From the UHGV virus genome UHGV-0101169: a stretch of DNA of 58,642 nt; one strand, 5' to 3'. Position 1 is the stretch's first letter, and the number at the start of each line of letters is the position of its first letter. The notes below the pieces were generated by a model. That model was not told the origin of the DNA. It saw nothing but the letters and a program-made list of their open reading frames with translations, and made no database searches. Shown here piece after piece: positions 51,222-58,642 of this stretch. Position numbers and translations under genes: made by a program. This DNA comes from a virus.

Positions 51222-51854
51222 CTATTTGGTTTTATGCCATTTGTCCGCACCTACTGGTGTATTCAGCGCTCGCTCTATGGTCCAACCTCTTTGTAATCTT
51301 CTGTAAAGCACATTTTCTGAAATACCTATAAACCTTGCCCATTCAGCCACTGTTTTTCTTTCACCATTATATTCCTCATACCTTTTCCCTGTTGACTTCA
51401 TTTTCTTAACGCTTGTACATAATGCATCTTCCGTTGAATACCCATGCTTCAATCTCCAACGTATAGTTCCTTCTTTAATCCCTAATTCATTGGACCAGTT
51501 CTGTAAACTTTGCGTTTTCCCATTGTGTTCAATAAAAATTGTATTAGTTTTATTATTTGCTTGAACCTTCGCATTGGTAAATCTGCAATTTTCAGGACAA
51601 TAATTACCATTTACGTCTATTCGGTCAATGCTTTGCTGCCTTTGATGTTTATTTTCATCAAATCCATTTGAATACGCCCAGGTAGCAAAATTTTTTGCTC
51701 CATTTTCACCAAGCCACTCATCACATATTGATATGCCTCTTCCACCATATTGTGGATATTTTAAGTCATTGGGATTGTAGCATCTTGCTTTCATACTTTC
51801 CCATGTTTTATATACTCTTGTTCCCGTAAGCCCATGTGTGTAATGTCCTTTCAT
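51222..51854 (-). CDS. HNH/AP2-like homing-endonuclease family protein, paralog 3 (two C-terminal HTH repeats)
   Basis: YGGRGISICDEW, SIDRIDVNGNYCPENCRF and duplicated EHNGKT...WRLKHGYS units. SD AAGGAGG precedes the ATG at 51854. Confidence 0.6.
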   Translation of the reverse strand: MKGHYTHGLTGTRVYKTWESMKARCYNPNDLKYPQYGGRGISICDEWLGENGAKNFATWAYSNGFDENKHQRQQSIDRIDVNGNYCPENCRFTNAKVQANNKTNTIFIEHNGKTQSLQNWSNELGIKEGTIRWRLKHGYSTEDALCTSVKKMKSTGKRYEEYNGERKTVAEWARFIGISENVLYRRLQRGWTIERALNTPVGADKWHKTK

Positions 51855-51910
51855 ATAACAAACCTCCTTTTCTTTAAGTATACCATAATAGCTAGCAACT
51901 TGCAAGCGAC

Positions 51911-51939
51911 TTGACAATTACTGTCTGGTAACTTATACT
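51911..51939 (+). promoter_or_regulatory. consensus promoter TTGACA-17-TATACT
   Basis: ttgacaattactgtctggtaacttatact. Confidence 0.55.
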
Positions 51940-51961
51940 TATAAAAAAGTGAGGTGTTATT

Positions 51962-52129
51962 ATGCCACAAGGTAAAATATCTGAAAGCAAAGTAAAAACA
52001 ACAATTGTAATGGAAAAATCCCTAAAATCTTCTCTTGAAGGTATTGCAAAAGAAGATTTGCGTTCCTTCAATAACTTAATGGTAAGTATATTGTCAGAAT
52101 ATGTAGCCAAAAGAGCCAGAGAGAATTAA
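51962..52129 (+). CDS. ribbon-helix-helix (CopG/Arc-like) small protein, 55 aa
   Basis: Not in the track. MPQGKISESKVKTTIVMEKSLKSSLEGIAKEDLRSFNNLMVSILSEYVAKRAREN. SD GTGAGGTG. Confidence 0.5.
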   Translation: MPQGKISESKVKTTIVMEKSLKSSLEGIAKEDLRSFNNLMVSILSEYVAKRAREN

Positions 52130-53547
52130 GTCTCTGGTTCTTTTTTATTCGTATCAATCAAATTTTCTTTTTCTATCGAATCTATAGTCTTATATAATAC
52201 ATCAAAGTATGGCTGAGATTGCAAAAATACCTTTTCTGCATCTCCCCACAATCCGCATGTTGCCACAGCAATTCTGGGATTAACTCCTGCTTGCAACATT
52301 TGAGTAAGGGCTTGTGTCTTAGTGTATAAATTATCCAATGGGCTATGACTTATTTGAACGTCAAAATCACGTATAGATAATTTTAAATCATTCCCGGCAA
52401 CTCTAAGAACATTTAGTGCAATCATTGCCAATCTTTTTTCTGATGATCTTACGATTGGATCTTTCATCTTGGCTCTTGTCTTAGAAAAATCCCACCCAGC
52501 TCTTAAGCTTACAGCTCCTTGTGTATCACCACCGGAGTTTTGCGATTCTCTGTTTGGTATAGCAAGTATGGCTTGCAAATTATCAAGCAAATCATCTTTC
52601 GCAACCTGGCACTGTGTCTGGTTAAGCTCCTGTGTCATCACATCAACATCAGACTTATTGTCCTTATTAATGGACGTTACTACCAGTGCCCTGCTCATCT
52701 TCATTTTTTTGAACTGTTCTTCATCGACTTCGCAGTTGACAAATTTAATCCATGACTGTACAAATTGTTCAATGCCGTCCATGCGGTTTGACTGCATGTT
52801 GTTGATTGCATCCAGCATGGAAATAACCAGTTCAATATCTGAAATTCTTTCATGGTTATTTGGATACTCCACAATTGGAATACCGCCATAAGTATGCAGC
52901 TTTGATTCTACCAGATCGCTATTAACCATTTTGAAGGACATGGTATCAGAAAATGCCAGCTTGTAATACCGACCATCCTCATCTTTCAGTTCCTGAACAA
53001 CCAGAATCGGTTCTTCCGTATTCCGATTGTAAATCATGAAAGTATTCATAGGAGTAGGGGCTGTAATTCGGAATGGAACATCACCTTGCTTTGGCTGTAC
53101 AGCCTTGAATGACGTTCCCGTAGCTGACTGCCACTCACCAGCCTTAATGTCCTTTTCCTGCTTGTTGGCATCTACCATGTAATCGTTCAGCTCATCAACA
53201 GCTTTGTTAATGGCTTCATCATCTTTCCGGCTGATAAACTGCACAGGTTCTCCATATGTCTGGCCCACTTTAAACTGGACAATCTCATAGGCATGATTCT
53301 CAACGATTTTGTTTGTTATGTCCTCATTGGTAATCTTCGTTCTGTATAAAGTTGGCTGATCACCTTTATAGTAGCGCCACAGATACCTGATTGCAATTTT
53401 ATTCCCATAGAAAACACCAATGCAATCACCAATTACCTTCACAACATTCTGTGGTGTGATTTTATCGACATCCGTATATGCTATTTTTCGTCCATAAACT
53501 CCATGAACCAGGTCTTGGAATTTCATTGTGTTTCTTGTAAAATTCAT
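52126..53547 (-). CDS. portal protein
   Basis: ~474 aa, downstream of the terminase. SD AGGTGAAAACATG. Confidence 0.7.
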   Translation of the reverse strand: MNFTRNTMKFQDLVHGVYGRKIAYTDVDKITPQNVVKVIGDCIGVFYGNKIAIRYLWRYYKGDQPTLYRTKITNEDITNKIVENHAYEIVQFKVGQTYGEPVQFISRKDDEAINKAVDELNDYMVDANKQEKDIKAGEWQSATGTSFKAVQPKQGDVPFRITAPTPMNTFMIYNRNTEEPILVVQELKDEDGRYYKLAFSDTMSFKMVNSDLVESKLHTYGGIPIVEYPNNHERISDIELVISMLDAINNMQSNRMDGIEQFVQSWIKFVNCEVDEEQFKKMKMSRALVVTSINKDNKSDVDVMTQELNQTQCQVAKDDLLDNLQAILAIPNRESQNSGGDTQGAVSLRAGWDFSKTRAKMKDPIVRSSEKRLAMIALNVLRVAGNDLKLSIRDFDVQISHSPLDNLYTKTQALTQMLQAGVNPRIAVATCGLWGDAEKVFLQSQPYFDVLYKTIDSIEKENLIDTNKKEPET

Positions 53548-53555
53548 GTTTTCAC

Positions 53556-53753
53556 CTACATATAAGTAAGGCCTGAAGAACATTTTCTTTCAGGTCTCTC
53601 TTTCAGTTCAGTATCATCATTATCGGGATAATAGATAACACGCCTATAGCATTTTTTACAAATACAAATAACTGGTGTTGATGTACGCCCGTCCCATCTG
53701 CCTACTCTTATACCGCATCTAGGACAGTACACAGTTTTAGGTTCATGCTTCAT
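53556..53753 (-). CDS. small zinc-ribbon protein (65 aa)
   Basis: CPRCG...CICKKC. Confidence 0.4.
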   Translation of the reverse strand: MKHEPKTVYCPRCGIRVGRWDGRTSTPVICICKKCYRRVIYYPDNDDTELKERPERKCSSGLTYM

Positions 53754-53893
53754 ACTCGTATCCTCTTTTTACATAAGAAAAGCGCTACCACATTATGGTA
53801 GCGCTTCTCACGTTTGGATGGATTGGATTTTTACAAGTATATAGTAACACATTGTTTTTTCAAAATAAAGCATTGTAAAGAGGACATTTCGGG

Positions 53894-54337
53894 TCATTTT
53901 GACTCATTGTAGGACACTTTGCCACCTAAATACTTATTCCCGTACATATTTTCAAAAACAGCCAATGCATTGTAATAAATCCTTTTGACTTGTTTAAGCG
54001 AAATATCACCTCTAAGTCGAATGGTTTTTAAATCCTTATCCAAAATAAACTTCTGACACAGAACATCATACATATTCGTATCTGGAATGCTTTCAATTTC
54101 TTGAACAATCTCATATCGCTTATCAATAATATTGTCAACTTCACGTTCCATATCTACAATTTTGGAAACATATGAACTAATTTTGTCAGGATTCTTCGAG
54201 GTCTGTATTCTATCACCATTACTCTGAACAGCCGATGTGCTGTAGATAATAGACCTTAGATTTTCAACTTCCTTTAATTTATTTTCAATCATTCGATTAT
54301 ATCTTACTACTAAAGATAAATACTCTCTCGTTTCCAT
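53894..54337 (-). CDS. hypothetical protein (147 aa)
   Basis: ORF only. Abuts the terminase stop. Confidence 0.45.
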   Translation of the reverse strand: METREYLSLVVRYNRMIENKLKEVENLRSIIYSTSAVQSNGDRIQTSKNPDKISSYVSKIVDMEREVDNIIDKRYEIVQEIESIPDTNMYDVLCQKFILDKDLKTIRLRGDISLKQVKRIYYNALAVFENMYGNKYLGGKVSYNESK

Positions 54338-57177
54338 TATCCAAACCTCCTAAACGGATTTATTACTGCTTCAACCTTTGCTGTCCTGTTCCCTTGCGTA
54401 ATCCTAAGCGCAAAGTTTGAGAATACATCTGGAACATCGTCTAATTGCTTCTTTCCAGATACAGAATATTGCTTAAGCAACGTCATCATCACACCATATG
54501 GTTCTTTCGGTGTATACTTTGACGCATCTTTGAATATCACATGTTGTAATATCCAGTTTGAGCACTGGAAGATACGTGCTTCTTTGTTAGTTTCAGTAGG
54601 GACATCAGTGATATTACAAATCCATCCCTTTGCTTCTACTCGCTTATTGACTTCCATTGCTACACGGTCACCACCAGCATTTCTCTCAAATTCGCACTCA
54701 ATAACCTCGTTATTGACAAGCATATTTGCCGCATTTTCATACTGCATTTCATAATCTGCTGTATTGTCGCACACGGCATCCACACAATAATAATCTTCAC
54801 CAAATTTTTGGAATACTGGCATAACAAAATAATCAGTTCCCTTACCCTTGGTATCGCACTGAGCTGTGACAATCTCAGGTACACCATGTGGCAGATTCAA
54901 ATATCGCCTGATTTTATCTTCTGGGAATAACAGGCCCTCACGTTCAATAGGCTCCTGCTTATACAGACATTTGTATGAAATATCATCCATCAATAATTGT
55001 TGGTCTGCAAAGAACTCCTCGTCAAAGCCTGAGAATTCATAATCAAAATTGCTCTTTCCAGTAACCGGATCAACATCAGGAACAGCAATTACCTTTACCC
55101 TCGGATTACCTTCATACATTTTTTGGATACGCCCTATGACATCCTGGACACTCCATCTGGTTGCAATGTGTATTTCCTTACAATTCTTACCATCAGTATC
55201 TTTGATTTTTCTTTGGCGTGCATCTACGGAATACTTACTCCACAACTTTTCAAGTATAGCCGGATTCAATGCTTCCTCGATACCGCCAATCATATCATCA
55301 ACCAGCAGAAACTTAGAAGCACGGACTTTACCCGCATTTTTGCTTCCTACTGATGTGCACTGCACAGATGGGAACGGCTTATATTTTCCTACGTTGAACT
55401 GTTCTGTCTTTGCATTTGTACTTGTCACATACAAATCAGGGAAAATCTCATTCCATGCATATTCGTCTGAATTAGTAACTATATCATATATACCGTCATA
55501 GTACATTCTGGTAATATCACCGCTATGGGAATAAAACAAATTGAAGTCTTTCGGATACCAGCCAATTACTGCAGCATTGAAGAATTTTTCAATGGTAGTA
55601 TTGTGAGTAATAATGTAATCATCTGTAATGTACAAATGGCAAGGATTATCAATCATAATACACTGGCACTCTTCTTCTCCTACATACTCAATATTTTTTA
55701 TATAACGTTTCCAAAGCTTGCGTTTTGGATTATATATTTTAGCTTTTCTCTCTAACCAAAATGGATTATCATGATTTGCACTAAACAAAATTGTAATCCT
55801 ATAGTTATCAAGGCACGAAACACTATTGCCGTCCTTGTCTCTGTACCCAGATTTCCGTTTTGTTAAGCTCGCATATCCTCCCAAAGAACGTACTAATTCT
55901 GTTACATTTTCCGCAAGTTTTTGAGAGGCTGTTGAATATTCTATTCCCTTGTATTCTGCGTATCCGTCTGTATCTAACAATCCACGTAATAGCCACAATC
56001 TTTGTTCATGACTTGAATATAGATATTCTTCTGGTATAAATTTTGTAGCAGATTTTGTACCAAGAAGGCCTAATCTATTTAGTTCCTCTTTTAATAGGTT
56101 GGGTTTTTTTGCAGCATCTTTAGAGCGCAAATAATAATCTTTATCACTTCCACGTTTTAGGACAAACTCATATCCGCCAATGAGTGAATTGATTTTTTCA
56201 ACTATTTCTTTATCTTTTTTTGTAAAGCAAATTGTTTTTGTACTTAATCCACCATCTCCCAATAAGCATCCAAGAAGATACGGGTGTATATAAAACTTTT
56301 TTTCTTCAAAGGCTTTAATTTCGGGAACATAGTCTATAGAATAGTTTTTCCTTCCGTCTTTTTCAATAATAAAATCTTTAAGCATATCTTCCGTTTTTAT
56401 TATTCTTGTCCTATGATTTCCCGTCCTTGTTTCAAATTGTCTATCACACCGATTTTGTACTTCCCATAAGTGATTATCTGAAACTTCTGTAAAGCCTCCG
56501 TCATTCATTGTAATTCTGTATATTCGGCGTTTCCCTTGTGGATATACTCCAATAACAGACGCTTTTTCTCCGTCTCCGGCCACAACCTTTGTTCCAACCT
56601 TTACATCACGCATTTCAATGAATCCGCTTGGTGTTAGGACTTTAGACGACATCTTTCCAGCTTTCCCGGCACCAGGAATAAGGCTAATGCACAAAATGTC
56701 GTACTTGTCATCAATCATGCCCTGTAAAGCATCCACCAAACCGATTTTAAGCAGCTGTTTGCGCCTAGGCATATAAAACCGCTCTTTCGGTTCTCTTTTG
56801 TGCTCTATATACCTGAAAAAACTGTCAATCACTTTATGTTGAGCTTCTAAAAGCAAAACCGAATAAAAACAGTCTATCAGCTCCAATATGGTTTTATTGG
56901 TTGTCTTATACTCAAATGCATATTTTTCCAATTCCCATATAGCACCACCTGTCTGTTCTAAACAATAACGCTCCGTCAGCTCCTTTGAGCGCTTTGCAAG
57001 TTGTAATCCATAATGAATATCATTTTCACCATTAATAGCCACTGCGCAAGCCTTTGCGTATGCCTGAACAACCCGCCAATCGACACCGTTAGCCTGTATG
57101 TAATTTTCATATTCCCTGATTGTTTGCTTCAGATTTTCGGAAGCCAAAAGAAAAGCACCTCCACTTTCAAAAAGCAA
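54337..57177 (-). CDS. terL: terminase large subunit interrupted by an intein; TTG start (an alternative TTG 30 nt downstream has SD GGAGGTG)
   Basis: P-loop region LIPGAGK..., Walker B KFLLVDDM, C-terminal nuclease-like region. 946 aa because of a ~350-aa intein. Confidence 0.8.
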   Translation of the reverse strand: MLFESGGAFLLASENLKQTIREYENYIQANGVDWRVVQAYAKACAVAINGENDIHYGLQLAKRSKELTERYCLEQTGGAIWELEKYAFEYKTTNKTILELIDCFYSVLLLEAQHKVIDSFFRYIEHKREPKERFYMPRRKQLLKIGLVDALQGMIDDKYDILCISLIPGAGKAGKMSSKVLTPSGFIEMRDVKVGTKVVAGDGEKASVIGVYPQGKRRIYRITMNDGGFTEVSDNHLWEVQNRCDRQFETRTGNHRTRIIKTEDMLKDFIIEKDGRKNYSIDYVPEIKAFEEKKFYIHPYLLGCLLGDGGLSTKTICFTKKDKEIVEKINSLIGGYEFVLKRGSDKDYYLRSKDAAKKPNLLKEELNRLGLLGTKSATKFIPEEYLYSSHEQRLWLLRGLLDTDGYAEYKGIEYSTASQKLAENVTELVRSLGGYASLTKRKSGYRDKDGNSVSCLDNYRITILFSANHDNPFWLERKAKIYNPKRKLWKRYIKNIEYVGEEECQCIMIDNPCHLYITDDYIITHNTTIEKFFNAAVIGWYPKDFNLFYSHSGDITRMYYDGIYDIVTNSDEYAWNEIFPDLYVTSTNAKTEQFNVGKYKPFPSVQCTSVGSKNAGKVRASKFLLVDDMIGGIEEALNPAILEKLWSKYSVDARQRKIKDTDGKNCKEIHIATRWSVQDVIGRIQKMYEGNPRVKVIAVPDVDPVTGKSNFDYEFSGFDEEFFADQQLLMDDISYKCLYKQEPIEREGLLFPEDKIRRYLNLPHGVPEIVTAQCDTKGKGTDYFVMPVFQKFGEDYYCVDAVCDNTADYEMQYENAANMLVNNEVIECEFERNAGGDRVAMEVNKRVEAKGWICNITDVPTETNKEARIFQCSNWILQHVIFKDASKYTPKEPYGVMMTLLKQYSVSGKKQLDDVPDVFSNFALRITQGNRTAKVEAVINPFRRFG
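55600..56649 (-). mobile_element. intein with LAGLIDADG homing endonuclease inserted in the terminase P-loop
   Basis: Hint block A (SSKVLTPSGF...VGTKVVAGDG) aligns to canonical inteins. Block B SDNHLW. Two LAGLIDADG motifs (LLGCLLGDGGL; LWLLRGLLDTDGYA). C-terminal ITHN followed by Thr. Confidence 0.75.
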
Positions 57178-57246
57178 AGGTGCTAGTGACCTCTGCCTAT
57201 AATTTTTTAGGTTAGCAACTGTATCTAACTACAGCCGGTAATGTTC

Positions 57247-57627
57247 TTATGAATTTGTTGGCACTGCTTCTTCACGCACCGAATTGAGAAGCTCGTTATA
57301 ATTGTCAATCACATATTCTGCTCTGATACGATAGTTCTTGATTCCATAAGCAGACGCAACACTGCTCTCGGTTTCGCACCCTTTACAGTCCCAGCTGTTA
57401 TCAAGTCCGATAAACACATCTGCTTCTGCCAGTTTTTCTAGTGACTTACCCAAATACCAGACACCAGCATTATTATTTTCAGGTGGATTATCTTCAATGT
57501 ATGTATCAATCAGCTCCAACGCCTCACCTTCACAAATTTCGGCAATTTTCTTCATCTTCTCGATACTTGTCTTAATTGCTTCCTCTGTTCTGTCTCTCAT
57601 TGGTACACTTACAAATAATTTTTTCAT
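57247..57627 (-). CDS. DUF4406 / nucleoside 2-deoxyribosyltransferase-like protein
   Basis: LFVSVPMRDRTEE...ADVFIGLDNSWDCKGCETESSVASAYGIK pattern. Strong SD GGAGGAAAATCATG. Confidence 0.45.
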   Translation of the reverse strand: MKKLFVSVPMRDRTEEAIKTSIEKMKKIAEICEGEALELIDTYIEDNPPENNNAGVWYLGKSLEKLAEADVFIGLDNSWDCKGCETESSVASAYGIKNYRIRAEYVIDNYNELLNSVREEAVPTNS

Positions 57628-57735
57628 GATTTTCCTCCATATTAATTGCCCGGCTGCCGTCGCGTCTACAGCATCTCTTTTGACCATATTGGTGCGTGGG
57701 TGCAACGAACTTTCCTACCTCGGGCAAACATGATT

Positions 57736-58089
57736 TTAAATACAGCCTCCGCAGCTTCCGGATCTAAAATCTTTTTCATTTATCGCAAAAAAGATATTTC
57801 TTTTTATTTCCGCATCAGCAGTAATGTTTTTAAGCCAATAATCATTATCTGCAATCCACTTATCACATTTTAACCCGTCTTCATAATCTTCCCATATTTC
57901 ATCGTAATGTTCTCCAAAACGCCACGTTTCATATGTTTTATAGGTGTTCATACTAGAGATTCTCAGGATTTCAGGAATTTTGGAAGAAACATTTTTGCCA
58001 TTTACTATCAATGTCCATTGCCCTGAACACAAACATGGATATGATCCGCTCCAATTAGCAAATACTTTTTCTCTTTTATATTTTGCCAT
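57736..58089 (-). CDS. hypothetical protein (117 aa)
   Basis: ORF only. Confidence 0.4.
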   Translation of the reverse strand: MAKYKREKVFANWSGSYPCLCSGQWTLIVNGKNVSSKIPEILRISSMNTYKTYETWRFGEHYDEIWEDYEDGLKCDKWIADNDYWLKNITADAEIKRNIFFAINEKDFRSGSCGGCI

Positions 58090-58135
58090 ATATTATCCTT
58101 TCTAAATTCCTTCAGGGCTTCACAGGTTCATTCTT

Positions 58136-58642
58136 CTACGCCGTCCGTTGCCAAACATAAACTGTCAAGTATGGCGGCATGTTATTATGAGATTGTCCTC
58201 CACCAGAAGCTTTTATATAACTTTCTCCCATATCTGTTCCTGCTGGTGCAGTTCTATCTTGTGTCTTCATTCCACCACTTTTAAAAATGCCCGTAGTATA
58301 TTGCACTTGATTATACCAGTTTAATGCTACAAAAGTACCTAAATCTGGTATTTCAGAAGTTGTCAGTGTATGAGTTTCTTCACCGCCAGTAATTCCGGCC
58401 GTATAGGTATCACCTGCCGCAAGCAAGAACCTGTCCTTTATGCGTTTCCACGTGCCCCCACTAAAACATCTGCGGGGTTAGCCTCATTAGTAGACATATA
58501 AATGCTTCCAACAGGGTACACAGCATCCAGAAAGCTTCTCCTAATTTCCGCCAAGGCATCACTGTTTGCCTTGATTCCGGCTTCGATATGATTTAGCCTT
58601 TGCGCTGATAATGGAGTGCTTTTGTCTGGTCTATCGTGCCAG
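58136..58642 (-). pseudogene. tail fibre protein with phage Tail Collar domain, disrupted by a 1-nt frameshift in a C5/G5 homopolymer; 5' end beyond the window
   Basis: Upstream frame encodes ...YPVGSIYMSTNEANPADVLV then stops. Downstream frame encodes GGTWKRIKDRFLLAAGDTYTAGITGGEETHTLTTSEIP... One extra G in the run at 58455-58459 would join them. Confidence 0.6.

Noticed and set aside
57177-57246. In-frame upstream extension of TerL
   Set aside because: The extension contains no ATG or GTG, and the nearest SD-supported initiation is a TTG at or just inside the annotated start.

Overview
The window reads as a nearly gene-dense temperate siphovirus-like phage or prophage genome. Almost all genes are on the minus strand, and no clearly bacterial housekeeping genes were seen.

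Reading right to left (the direction of transcription), the modules are:
- Packaging and head: large terminase carrying a LAGLIDADG intein, portal, head morphogenesis (Mu F-like), scaffold, major capsid protein, head-tail connector, HK97 gp10-like protein.
- Tail: major tail protein, tail chaperone with a -1 programmed frameshift, tape measure protein, distal tail proteins and fibres.
- Lysis genes are embedded inside the tail module: holin-like membrane proteins, and a CHAP plus choline-binding-repeat lysin.
- A 3-kb accessory island (Rha regulator, zinc-ribbon membrane protein, RHH protein, ORF6N antirepressor) sits between the tape measure protein and the distal tail genes.
- Regulatory switch regions with two XRE-family repressors.
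- Recombination and replication module: SbcC/Rad50-like ATPase, RecT, SSB, metallo-beta-lactamase-fold hydrolase, DNA methyltransferase, replisome organizer and a G39P-like loader.
- Large serine recombinase (integrase), then a plus-strand 'early' operon of small unknown genes, a TerS-like gene, MazG, DUF3310 and three tRNAs (Gln, Tyr, Lys).

Selfish DNA is abundant: an intein, a classical HNH, a GIY-YIG, and three paralogous HNH/AP2-like genes, one of them decayed.

The most unusual non-coding features are:
- A ~90-nt leader element ending in an intrinsic terminator, duplicated upstream of the TerS-like gene and an antirepressor gene.
- A duplicated promoter/operator/SD module driving two small zinc-ribbon genes.
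- Two inverted clusters of ~22-bp iterons about 31 kb apart.
- An XRE repressor gene flanked by two consensus promoters that each carry the same 18-bp palindrome.
- A homopolymer frameshift in the tail-collar fibre gene at the window edge.

All calls rest on manual motif recognition; no searches were run.
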